A stretch of 64,000 nt of DNA from Takakia lepidozioides (Eukaryota; Plantae; Bryophyta). The stretch's first letter is position 1. Each line of letters starts with the position of its first letter. The notes beneath the pieces are model-generated. The model saw only the letters and a program-made list of their open reading frames with translations. It was not told the origin of the DNA and searched no databases. Positions 52,367 through 63,741 of this stretch are shown here, in pieces. Made by a program: the position numbers and the translations under genes. The DNA lies in contig CM060732.1 of NCBI GenBank assembly GCA_030704615.1, forward strand, positions 17,980,001 through 18,044,000, given 5' to 3'.

Positions 52367-54422
52367 GCAAGGAGTACACCCACCAATTTGTCTCTCATAT
52401 AGACCAGCACAGGTTCTAGAGACAGGATTGTGGATCTTTCATGGCACACTCACACTCTAAAAATTCCATAGATTTTTAGCAGAGTCCCAAAAACAGAAAC
52501 CAGGTCTAGATAGGTAGATTTCCCCTTTCTGCAGATATCCCCTCAAAAACTGAGTCAAACGGAGCTCATTTGACAAAGATATGACCAACCAGGCTCTTTA
52601 AACATTTAAATTAGATCAAAAAAGGTTTTTTTTTTTTTTTTTTTTAACACCAAAACGCTTTTGCCATTACAACCTGTTCCCAGGTTATCTACGAGTTCCC
52701 GAGGTCGTTCCCCTCCAGGATCCTCCAGGCACCAAGAGCTCGTTAATTCCAACACTCGACCTCAGTTGGGTGGGGTATCACGATTTGCTTTCTCTGCGCG
52801 TGGGCCTGCCTCCTCGAGACCTAGAGACTACAAACCAGGAATTGGGCGATTTCAAGAGCAGATGCACTGCGCAGCACCTTCATGGCTTATGGACAGGCGG
52901 CCTGCTGTGATGTGGCCGTCTCTGCATGGAATCCAAAGCCAAGACCAGCTTGAAGTTCCATCAACTTGGTCTAATTCGCATCTCTCGCCAACGATTATTG
53001 TTGGCTTAGAATGGTTTCCGCCTTCCTGTTACTGCTCGTGTTTGCTTTTGTGTGCATTCTACAGGTCAGGGATCGGCGACAACAGGCACCAGATTGCCCC
53101 GTCACCACCCCCACAAGGCACAGACGACTTCACTGCCAGGAAAAAGAAAGTGAACCATGCTCAGCATGTAGACCCAAGGCCTGGGTCCATCTGCATCAGC
53201 TCCAGTATAAGAGAGACAATCATATAGTTATCAAGTCTCTACAGGAATTTGCGATTGCCTCAGTAAAGTGGAACTCAATCTGCAGCCTCCTTCCGCCGCC
53301 TCTCCATCAACCCTTGGAGGCTCTCGTCCGCTGGCCTCATCCGTCAGCATTGCTTCTCCTGCTACGAGTCTTCGCATTTCCTCCCCTGCTCGCCTGTGCA
53401 GAAGTAAGTACCCTTGACGCCGAAATGACAGTAGAGGCAAGTGATCAATTGGAAGTGTTCAATGATGAGACAAATAGAGCTGGAGCTCCCTTGACCTGTA
53501 TCGCCACAATCTTGGACTCGGGCAGTGTACTGAGTTGAAAGCTGGGTTGTGAACCACCATTCGACTTTCCACCAGTTTCCACATCAAAATGGTGGAACCA
53601 AGGTGCAAGGCAGCAACAGCTACTTGGCTTTGTACAAACCTGAAGCACTTAAAAAAACGAAAACGACTTTGCACCTTGCACTCTCCGAAATCAACAATGC
53701 CCCCAACAACCCTTTTTGTCAGAAAGTTGGTTGCTTATGCAGATAATCGACCAGGTGAAAGCAGCTTTCCCAGCCACAATCACAAGTAGCATGAAGCTTT
53801 GTGAGACTCCTGGTTTTGCAGTGTTGATGATATGCCAGCAATGGGCTCCCCGTTCTCCATCGCTTTGTGCTAGGCTTTCTCTCTCGGGCCCTGCACCTTC
53901 AACCAGCTCGCTGCGCCATGCTCTACCTGCCGGCGCTGCATTTACTGGAGGGAGCAGATTTACAGCTCCTCCTTCAACTGGCTCCGCTACACCAGCTCCA
54001 CCTGCTCTTCCGCTGCCTTTCCTGACCGCTTCTGGTCTGTCCTGGTTCTAATTTAACACTGGTCTGTGCACATCGAACTAAGGCGAGCAGCCCGGCCATC
54101 TCCAGGCACGGAAGTTCTACCCATCTGCTCGATCACAGGCTCCTCCTTTAAGTCTCGCACTTGGTCAGTTTCCCAATGGCCAATCGCTGCTACTCCACGA
54201 TGTCTCCTCACCGACCAAAACAAAGGCTGCTTCCATGCAGTGTAGCTCCATCATGCCCGGCGGCCTCATGCCAGAACCAACGCTGATCGAAACCTGCATA
54301 TTTTGTTTTGTTTTGTTTTTTTTTTTTTCTTCTAAGCTTCTAAAACTAAGCACTACTTACACACAGATAATCGTACAAGTGCTAACCCTCAACTCCTACC
54401 TTGCACTCACAGGTAAGAGGTG

Positions 54423-54434
54423 ATCTTTCTCGAG
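54423..54434 (-). promoter_or_regulatory. Putative self-priming site (replaces tRNA PBS)
   Basis: CTCGAGAAAGAT directly follows the 5' repeat and is the exact reverse complement of element-strand ATCTTTCTCGAG at 54640-54629. No TGG-starting PBS. Confidence 0.75.
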
Positions 54435-54794
54435 TGATAAGAAAGCTAACAAATGACACTGCTCTCCACACAAGAAACAATGTGAACTCCAAAACCATCA
54501 CTCTTTAAAACAGTAGTCGAGCCAGGGGCACCCCAAGCTATGGGGACTCCACCCCACAACAACCTACACTCCCATCATGAGTAAACTCAGATCTAAACAC
54601 ACACAGGAGCTCGGTCGCGCAGGCTCAACTCGAGAAAGATGAGCCGCGCGACTGCCGCTCTCGTGAAGATAAGACGGACCAGGTGTCAAACTAAACTTGA
54701 CACCTGATTTAACACTTGACCTAAATCCAAGTGTTAAATACAAATAACTAGTTTTATTCTAGCTGTTTTCACACTGTGCTTATTTAACTTGACA
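54435..54794 (-). repeat. 5' terminal repeat B (360 bp)
   Basis: No differences from 43064-43423 seen by eye. Confidence 0.95.
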
Positions 54795-55691
54795 AATATT
54801 GTCTCGGACCGCGATCCAAAGTTTACGAGTAAATTTTGGAGGACACTTTGGAAGAAGATGGGGACGAGGCTGAAGATGAGCACCGCCTTCCGACCTATGA
54901 CCGACGGCCAAACAGAAAGAGTGAATTCCGTAGTGAAGCAGATCTTGCGGAATTACGTGTCGGCAGACCAATCAGACTGGGTGGAACACTTAGACGCGGT
55001 AGAGTTCTGTTATAATAACACAAAACACTCCGCAACGGGAGTTTCCCCTTTCGTATTGGTCTATGGAAAAGCACCTCTGGTGCCGACAAGTTGGGCCGCC
55101 CAGGACGTTGAGGAACCGGCAGTAGCGGCGGTACTAGAAGAACGCGAGCGTTTGTTGAAGCTCGCAAAGTACAACATTGCCAAAGCTAGGAAACGGTATG
55201 AAAGGCAGGCGAATCGGAAGCGGAGGGAAGTGAAGTTTGAGGCAGGCACGAAGGTCTGGTTGAACATCAAGAATTTCCGACTACCTCTGGAAGTGAGTCC
55301 AAAGTTCGTACCTCCGTATGCGGGACCCTTTCGCATCCGGAAGGTTATGAATGAGGATGTGTATGAATTGGAGCTCCCGGCAAACAGCAAGGTGCATCAA
55401 GTATTCCACGTCTCCCTTTTGAAGCCTTACTTCAAAGATGAAGCGCGTCCGAATCGGCATCAAGTGTTGCGTCCGCCACCTGTGCTGTTGGATCATGAAA
55501 ATGAACCTGAGTACGAGGTGGAGGCAGTACTTAAGTCGAGGAGGTTCGAGAACCGAGAAACGGAGTATCTCGTCAAATGGAAGGGCTATCATTATGTGGA
55601 GGCATCTTGGGTGCGTGCCTCAGAAATGGGAAACGCATCCGAGGCGGTTGCAGTTTTCGAAGGGCGACCTCAAAAGCGGAAGAAGCGTTGA
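54795..55691 (+). pseudogene. Chromovirus integrase C-terminal half with GPY/F motif and chromodomain
   Basis: IVSDRDPKFTS, TDGQTERVN, YAGPFRI, YEVEAVLKSR...YLVKWKGY...ASW. Continues the frame interrupted at 42977. Confidence 0.92.
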
Positions 55692-56595
55692 TGGGGACAT
55701 CAACCTTGGAGCGTGGGGGAGGAAATGCATGCTTAGCCCGGCTTAGCTAGCTCAGGAATCCGATTGCAAAAACTTGTATTGTACAAAAATTTGTTATAAA
55801 GGAAATGGGTTCCAAATGTTGTGCGTCCTATTTTGTTTGGAATGGTGATGTATGGTGTGGTTGGTTAATGTGTAGAATGCATGTTAGCTTACAAAAGTGG
55901 GAGAGGTAAATTGGGTTAATCGTGTGTTTGCGCAGTGCCAAAATCGGGTGACTCCCTCAAAGGGCAAGGAAACATGTGCCTTCTTTGGGAGTTCAGGTGC
56001 TAGTGCGCACCTGGCGCGTGCGCGTACTATAACTGCGCTACCGAGGTGGTTGCCTTGTAGTGCGGGCTAACGCGGAAGCTACGTGCTTCCGTTCACGTAC
56101 TATAATCGTGTAGCCTCGGGACGAAGTTGTAGTGCGGCTTCGACGTGTTCCCGTACCTCAGGCCAACATTCCAAGACGGACCCAATTGTAGTGATTGGGG
56201 CGCACGGTTGGTTCAAGGTTATCTTCCTAGTCAAAGGGGGTTCGAGGTGAACCCTTGCGCAAGGTGATGCCAAAAGCGGCATCATGAGCGATCGCAAGCA
56301 ATGTTGTTGCAGTAAGGCGATTCGATCCTCGGGGAGGATCGTTCCTTGGCCTTGAAGTAGGCCAAGAAGAGTGCACTGGGAGGAGCTTGAGAGGCTCCAC
56401 CCCTGGCCGGGACTTGGAGGAAGTCGGCCGAACTAGCTAGTGGAGAGTAGAGTCAAGTGTGGGGTTTGGTTCTTTGCCATGGGACGCCATGGTACGGAAA
56501 CAAACTCCTTGATGTTGGACGCCACAACTTGGATGTTCGTTTCTACAAAATGGACAAGTCGATGAGGACATCGACTCCCTGTTGGTAGGGGTGTG

Positions 56596-57026
56596 TGTCG
56601 CGGCCGTTTGCCTTGAGGGCAGGGGGTCGGGATACATGAGGGGCTGCCCCTGTGGTGGGGGCAGTGGCAGCGATAGGTACGGGGGGCTGAAGCACCCTTG
56701 AGTGCCCAAGGCACTCAAGGAGCCGGAGGTGCTCACTAGGTGGAGCCCCGCACACCGGGATGCGGTGGGGGTGGCTTCACAAAGGGGTGGTGGTAGCTTA
56801 GCGGGACTTAGTGGGGGTGGCATAGGACTCACCTTGGGGCGGAGACCTCGTGGTGGGAGTCGTGGGGAGTCTTGGGACTCATCACGGTCCATAGGGGCCG
56901 TGGTGGTGGGCCAAGACTCACCGCGACTCATCACCGGGAGTCGAGGGTTTTCGTGGTGGTTCGCCATAAAATGGCATGGTTGTTTGTGAAACCCCCGCGG
57001 ACAGCTACAAAAGTATATATAGGGAG
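56596..57026 (+). repeat. Chromovirus 3' LTR, truncated
   Basis: Matches 40424-40855, then switches abruptly to the MULE terminus. Confidence 0.9.
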
Positions 57027-57664
57027 GAGGTTAGCTATTTCATGAGCATGAGCGGCATGAGCGGAGTAGCAAGACAATCGGTTTTCATGAGCAGAAGTAC
57101 AGATTTCGAAAACAAAAAACATTATAAAACATTAATTTAATGCAATGTGTCAGAAAAAACAAATATATTATTCGGCACCTTGAAGGGAAAATTGTAGTTT
57201 TGAGAGTTGTGCTCATGATATTTCGTCTTCCGCTCATGCCAATTCCCAGCGACATGTGCAAAAATGGCGCCAAATTTCGCGGTAATAGGGTCCGTAACCG
57301 GAAAAATCCGCGACGTGTTTCGCGGTAATAGGTCTCTCTGGCGAAAAATGGTGCCGAATTCCGCGGCTATCGGTCCCCTCATGACAGGTGTGTAAGCCCA
57401 AAATTTGGAAATGTGGCGCCGAATTTCGGTACATGGTGTGCCGGGGATTGCACAGATGTTGGGCAGTTCTGGGTCATGTAACTGGAAATTCGGCCCAAAA
57501 TAGAGAAATTCGGCGTTTTTTTTTCCAGAAATGGCCCCACAACTGTTTCTGTTGGATCTCAGTTTGAATGGAATATTTCCTCATTCCAGGAGTTTTGGGG
57601 TGCATTTCATTACACTGCAAAAAAAAGTTTGATACATGAAAATGCAATTGAAAATATCCATATG

Positions 57665-58489
57665 GAGGATTCCCTTTGCCCCATCAATGATTTCTGGAAT
57701 CCCTAAGGAGGAGTTTGTGCAGCTCGTTCACGCTCAACGCATCGGCTGTTGGCCTCTTCGAAGCAATGGCGTGTCCCGAAGGCCCTCTCGCAAGGCCGCC
57801 CGAGGAGGGAACTCAAAGAAGATATTACCGTCGACGTCTACGGGAAAGCATGTAACCGATTTAAATGCGAACTTGCTGTAGTCCAGCCCGGCCAGCTCCG
57901 AGCGGTGTCCCTCCATGTGAAGCCCTCGCAGAATTTCAAGAATGGATCGAACTGCGGTGCTCGTGCTGGGAATATGACTCCCTCGTCTACTGACATCCAT
58001 TGAGGACTTGCCTGATCTCCAGGACGATCTCGGAACTTCCATGACCTCGTCTGAGTCGGACAGGTTGTGAATAACCTGGTTCTCGCTCGTCTTCATTGAT
58101 GGGTTTGGCTCTGGATTTACTTCGTTGCGGACTTCTCTCTTTGAGGTACCCACACACTGATTCGTGGATTGTTTCGTGGAAGGCGCCAGGATAGAAGGTG
58201 CATTTGGCGGGCAAATGAAGTCCCCAACAGCCCTGTATATGACACTGTCCGATGGTGGAACTCATCATTCCCTGCCATCGCCGAAATCATCGTGGAGCAC
58301 AACAATACTCTCGACAACAACGCCGTTTGAGTCCTTCTTTTCCTCCTCCAAAAAAACCAACCCCGGTTTCAGGTGGTATCGAACGCACAGATATTTCTCC
58401 ATCACACGGCAGATGTCCCCTCTGCACGGAAATGAAGCTCTATGCTCGTGAGGAGGGCAGTACACTGAAGCGCTCGGGTTTTCCGCCAT
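57665..58489 (-). pseudogene. Deleted copy of the MULE transposase
   Basis: Matches 28089-28147, 29200-29257 and 30988-31681. One junction has CCGCCC microhomology (about 57796-57801). Confidence 0.85.
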
Positions 58490-58759
58490 GGGAGATGTGC
58501 ACACAAGACAGCCAGGATGACGTGCGGGCAAGCTCCCTGGTAGAAGGGGGATGCAGCGATGGGAAGGAATGCGGTGCCGATTTGTCCGTGCGACGAAGCC
58601 TGATCCAAATCCAAGGAGCCAACTATCTCAAAAATCCACAATCAGAGTGTTAATGAACCTTGTCTCCGGAATGCGGCCCCTGGTCTTTGCGCAATAACTG
58701 CCAACGGTATGCAGTAAGAAAGTGGCGGGCCGTCCGGATGATGTCGGCTGAAGGGGAGA

Positions 58760-59890
58760 AGCCGGCACCGGGCCGTCACATTACTACCCCCGGATGGAAA
58801 TTCGGCACCGAATATCCAATAGGGGCCGCCCGGTTGAAGTCGCCTCGGGCAGAGAGGCCGGCACCTGTTCGACAGAGGACATCCCCCGGATGGAAATTCA
58901 GAGCCGAATTTCCATCCGGGCCCCCGAAAGGAAGTCCTGTCGGGGGGTTAGGCCGAAAACTGGCCGACATAAAAACCTCCCCGGATGGAAAAACGGCACC
59001 GAATTTCCATCCGGGGCCGTTCGGATGCAGTCGGCCCGGGGGAAGAGGCCGGCACCTGGCCGTCACATTACAACCCCCGGACGGAAAATTGGCACCGAAT
59101 ATCCAACAGGGGACGCCCGGATGAAGTCGCCTCGGGCGGAGAGGCCGGCACCTGTCCGACAGAGAGCATCCCCCGGATGGAAATTCGGCGCCGAATTTCC
59201 GTCCGGGCCCCCCCAAAGGAAGTCCTGTCGGGGGGTCAGGCCGAAAACTGGCAGACATAAAAACCTCCCTGAATGGAAAAACAACGCCGAATTTCCATCC
59301 GGGGCCGTTCGGATGCAGTCAGCTCGGGGGGAGAGGTCGGCACCTGGCCGTCACATTACAACCCCTGGACGGAAACTCGGCACCGAATATCCAACAGGGG
59401 ACGCCCGGATGAAGTCGCCTCGGGCGGAGAGGCCAGCACCTGTCCGACAGAGAGCATCTCCCGGATGGAAATTTGGCACCGAATTTCCATCTGGGCCCCC
59501 ACAAAGGAAGTCTTGTCGGGGGGTCAGGCCAAAAAGTGGCCGACATAAAAACCTCCCCGGATGGAAAAACGGCGCCGAATTTCCATCCGGGGCTGTTCGG
59601 ATGCAGTCGGCTCGGGGGGAGAGGGCGGCACCTGGCCGTCAAATTACAACCCCCGGACGGAAATTCGGCACCGAATTTCCAACAGAGGACGCCCGGATGA
59701 AGTCGCTTCGGGCGGAGAGGCCGGCACCTGTCCGACAGAGAACATCCCCCGAATGGAAATTCGGCGCCGAATTTCCATCCGGGCCCCCCCAATGGAAGTC
59801 GTGTCAGGGGGTCTGGCTGAAAACAGGCCGACATAAAAACCTCCCTGGAAGGAAAAACGGCGCCGAATTTCCGTCCGGGGCCGTTCGGAT
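58760..59890. repeat. 288-bp tandem repeat (about 4 copies)
   Basis: Equivalent ORF starts at 58985, 59273 and 59561 give a period of 288. Confidence 0.9.
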
Positions 59891-59999
59891 TTCCCCCTAG
59901 CAGTCGAGAATTCCCTGAAAAACGTATCTAAAAGTGGACTTCAGCCAAAAAAAACTAAAGGTTTAGTGTCTTTTTAGACCAAAAACCTAGCGGCCACGC

Positions 60000-61015
60000 T
60001 CAGAATTACCTGCAGGATGGTAATTCGGCGCTTCGACTTACCTGGCGGATAGAAATTCGGCGCCAAATTTCCATCCAGCAGCGATCCAAGGTACCTGCTG
60101 GATGGAAATTTGGCGTCGGATTTCCGTCCATCTGGGCTCCAAATTACTTGCAGGATGGAAATTCGGCACCGGATTTCCATCCATCCGCTCTCCGAATTAC
60201 CTGCATGACGGAAATTCGGCGCTCCGAGTTACTTGCAGGATGGAAATTCGGTGCCGGATTTCCATCCATCCGCCCTCCGAATTACCTGCCTGACGGAAAT
60301 TCGGCGCTCCGAGTTACCTACAGGATGGAAATTCGGCGCCGGATTTCCATCCGGCCGCGCTCCGACTTAGCTGGCGGATGGAAATCCGGCGCCGGATTTC
60401 CATCCATCCGCTCTTCGAATTACCTGCATGACGGAAATTTGCAGCACCGACTTACCTGGAGGATGGAAATCCGGCGCCGGATTTCCATCCATCCGCGCTC
60501 CGAATTACTTGCACGATGGAAATTTTGCGCGCCGACCTTCCTGGCGGATGGAAATCCGGCGCCGGATTTCCATCCATCCGCTCTTCGAATTACCTGCATG
60601 ACGGAAATTTTGCGCGCCGACTTAGCTGGCGGATGGAAATCCGGCGCCCGATTTCCATCCATCCGCTCTTCGAATTACCTGCATGATGGAAATTTTGCGC
60701 GCCGACTTACTTGGAGGATGGAAATCCGTCGCCGGATTTCCATCCATCCGCGTTCCGAATTACCTGCATAACGGAAATTTTGTACCTGGCGGATGGAAAT
60801 CATGCGCCGGATTTCCATCCATCCGCTCACAAGTAACCTGCATGACAGAAATTTGCAGCGCCGACTTACCTGGAGGATGGAAATCCGGCGCCGGATTTCC
60901 ATCCATCCGCTCTACGAATTACCTACATGACGGAAATTTTGCGCGCCGACTTATCTGGCGGATGGAAATCCGGCGTCGGATTTCCATCCATCCGCTCTGT
61001 GAATTACCTGCATGA
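60000..61015. repeat. About 84-bp tandem repeat with 30-bp palindrome
   Basis: GGATGGAAATCCGGCGCCGGATTTCCATCC recurs about every 84 bp. Confidence 0.9.
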
Positions 61016-62470
61016 CTGGAAAAATGGCGCCGAATTTCCGATTTTGGTGCTAGTCAGATCTGGGACTTAGCCATTTTCGGCCCCGAAATGGAAAAATGGC
61101 GCCAGAAAAAAAAAACAAAAACAAAAAAAACGCCATTTTTCCAGTTCGGGGTCGAAAACGGCTAAGTCCTAGATCTGACTGGCACCAAAATCGGAAATTT
61201 GGCGCCATTTTTCCAGTTCTGGGCCCAGTCATATCTGGGACTTAGCCATTTTCGGCCACCAAATGGAAAAATGGCGCCATTTTTCCAGTTCAGGGCCTCG
61301 AAAATGGCTAAGTCCCTACGGTGGCTGGAACCGCAACTGGAAATTCGGCACCATTTTTCCAGTTCCGCGCCCTATCAGATCTAGGACTTAGCCATTTTCG
61401 GCCCAAAACTGGAAAAATGGCGCCGAAAAAAAAAACAAAAAAAAAAAAAAAACGCCATTTTCCCAGTTTGGAGCCGAAAATGGCTAAGTCCCAGATCTGA
61501 CTGGCACCAAAATCGGAAATTCGGCATCATTTTTCTAGTTCCGGGCCAAGTCAGATCTGGGACTTAGCCATTTTCGGCCCCGAAATGGAAAAATGGCGCC
61601 ATTTTTCCAGTTTAAGGCCCCGAAAATGGCTAAGTCCCTAGGGTGGCTGGAACCGCAACCGGAAATTCGGCGCCATTTTTCCAGTTCCGCGCCCTGTCAG
61701 AGCTGGGACTTAGCCATTTTTGGCCCCGAACTGGAAAAATGGCGTCATTTTTCCAGTTCGGGGCCAAAAATGGCTAAGTCCTTAGGGTGGCTGGCAGCAA
61801 AATCGGAAATTCGTCGCCATTTTTTCAGTTCCGGGCCCAATCAGATCTGGGACTTAGCCATTTTCGGCCCCGAAATGGAAAAATGGCGCCGAAAAAAAAA
61901 ACAAAAAAAAAAAAACGCCATTTTTCCTGTTCGGGGCCTAAAATGGCTAAGTCCCAGATCTGACTGGCACCAAAATCGGGAATTCGGCGCCATTTTTCCA
62001 GTTCCGGGCCCAGTCAGATCTGGGACTTAGCCATTTTCGGCCCCGAAATGGAAAAATGGCGCCATTTTTCCAGTTCAAGGCCCCGAAAATGGCTAAGTCC
62101 CTAGGGTGGCTGGAACCGCAACCGGAAATTCGGCGCCATTTTTCCAGTTCCGCGCCCTGTCAGATCTGGGACTTAGCCATTTTTGGCCCCGAACTGGAAA
62201 AATGGCTAAGTCCTTAGGGTGGCTGGCAGCAAAATCGGAAATTCGGCGCCATTTTTCCGGTTCCGGGCCCAGTCAGATCTGGGACTTAGCCATTTTCAGC
62301 CCCGAAATGGAAAAATGGTGCCATTTTTCCAGTTCAGGGCCCTGAAAATGGCTAAGTCCCTAGGGTGGCTGGAACCGCAACCGTAAATTCGGCGCCATTT
62401 TTCTAGTTCCGCGCCCAGTCAGTTCTGGTACCTAGCCATTTTCGGGCCCAACCTAGGAAAATGGTGCCGA
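61016..62470. repeat. Complex tandem/inverted array of GGAAAAATGGCGCCATTTTTCC and GGGACTTAGCCATTTT units
   Basis: Related to the arrays at 27700-27935 and 36580-37345. Confidence 0.85.
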
Positions 62471-62577
62471 AAATGGTTTACGAGTGAGTGGTCGCATTGT
62501 AAGTTGTCTCCTGATTTTGTGAGGCACCTCCCTCGCTCTTTTATTTCATTGAAAGACCGTTTCTGCTTCTGCTGGTA

Positions 62578-63069
62578 TTGACATTCTTCAAGTGGATTTG
62601 TTCTTACTGTAGGATGCCAAGTACTGTAGGAGAGACGTCTACACCGCAGTTCATGGGCAGGAGGAATGTGCATTTTTTTGCCAGAGGGGATTTCATGCCT
62701 AGTCCAGAAAGGGACTACATCCTTCCTACTTATGTTGCCCGGCTTGCTTTGGTGTCCATTAGGAGGTGTTCCGAACCTAGTCGTGTACAACAGATTTTAG
62801 ACGAGGCAAGCCTCAAGAAAATGAAGATGAGGGAGGAGGCAGCAGCTATTAGAGCCCGTCAGGCTCGTAGATTTGTCTTGGATTCAGCTGAGGAAAGTGG
62901 GGGAGAAGATGCAGAAGATTCCCAGGAGGTGAGGTGGACAGTCCCCCAAGAGGACGGGATTTTTGAGAGGCATAGTGGAACTGATGCATCACAGAGCTCG
63001 GAGGATGAGGGGGATGAGGGGGATGAGGAAGAAGGTGGGGCAAGTTCCTCGGAGGGTGTAGGAGAGTAG
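62578..63069 (+). other. Probable last exon of a further MULE-borne gene (acidic C-terminus)
   Basis: Open frame of 163 aa with a CxxC, a helical segment and an E/D-rich tail, ending 220 bp before the right TIR. Confidence 0.4.
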
Positions 63070-63329
63070 TGCCCATTCCGGCTATGACAGTTAGAACACA
63101 CTTGTATAGACGTGGCTTGCCACAAAATTTGCAATAAAATGTTGCATTTCAAGTCCACTAGTGCCACATTCCAACTTCATATGACCCTATTTTCGTGCCT
63201 CCTAACCCTATTTCCATGGACACACAATGGTCTGCTCATGCTTTTTTTTTCCGCTCATGCTCATGCCGCTCATGAAATAGCAGCCCACGAAAATTGTCCG
63301 ATGAAAATGAAGTTAGGAAGAAAACTTCC

Positions 63330-63620
63330 CTGAACCTGTTTCCAGTCTGTGATATGGGGGATGACATCATGGATGCGCTCAAGGGTCTACCCCACTCTTG
63401 GCACCAGACTGAAATTTAAACTCAGGGCAGGAAGCCTACCTTTGAACAGTAAACTGAAGCAGAGAGGAAAGGGAGAGTGTAATTGCCCGTTGTGTGGGCA
63501 ATTTGAAGACAATATTCATTTCTGATGTACGGGGTTCTCTCACCAAAGAGATGCTCTCTTAAAATCTATCAAGGGAATTGTGCATGTACCTCTGTTTACC
63601 AACTTTAAGAGTCTTGAGGC
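63330..63620 (+). pseudogene. LINE ORF2 C-terminal zinc-binding fragment
   Basis: Manual translation gives RLKFKLRAGSLPLNSKLKQRGKGECNCPLCGQFEDNIHF*C. Confidence 0.6.
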
Positions 63621-63692
63621 TGAGCCAAAAGCCCAGCCCCTTCTGCTCAGTAACTCCCCCCCCAACCTTTTTTTGTTTTGTTTCGTCATCTC

Positions 63693-63731
<39 letters not shown>

Positions 63732-63741
63732 TTTGATGTGC

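Larger units (their letters stand above)
42978..54794 (-). mobile_element. Ty3/Gypsy retrotransposon encoding a C5-cytosine methyltransferase and PHD finger, with split terminal repeats
   Basis: Inserted in the chromovirus integrase (PKN|IVSD) with 4-bp TSD AATA (42974-42977, 54795-54798). Order gag-PR-DNMT-RT-RH-INT-PHD. Repeats are A 42978-43062, B 43064-43423, A 43426-43510 and B 54435-54794. Confidence 0.92.
40424..57026 (+). mobile_element. Internally deleted chromovirus (Ty3/Gypsy) with nested insertions and truncated 3' LTR
   Basis: 5' LTR 40424-41151, PBS TGGTATCAGAGC, gag-RH-INT-chromodomain, PPT 56584-56595, 3' LTR 56596-57026 cut by a MULE end. Confidence 0.9.
57027..63288 (-). 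mobile_element. Mutator-like element copy 2, internally deleted non-autonomous derivative with both TIRs
   Basis: Left end matches 27340. Right end GCTCATGCTCATGCCGCTCATGAAATAGCAGCCCAC is its imperfect inverse. Contains a deleted transposase and the same repeat arrays. No TSD found. Confidence 0.8.

Noticed and set aside
52661-54051. Plus-strand ORFs (188, 175 and 111 aa) in the leader of the DNMT element
   Set aside because: They overlap each other, are low-complexity and antisense, and have no motifs.
42978-54794. Classification as a DIRS/Ngaro tyrosine-recombinase element because of the split repeats
   Set aside because: It encodes an aspartic protease and a zinc-finger/DDE integrase, has a TSD and PPT, and I saw no tyrosine recombinase motif.
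58794-60771. Long ORFs (368 aa, 207 aa) and similar ones at 31850-33780 and 61050-62345
   Set aside because: They result from GC-rich tandem repeats with unit lengths divisible by three, are open in several frames and strands, and have no protein motifs.
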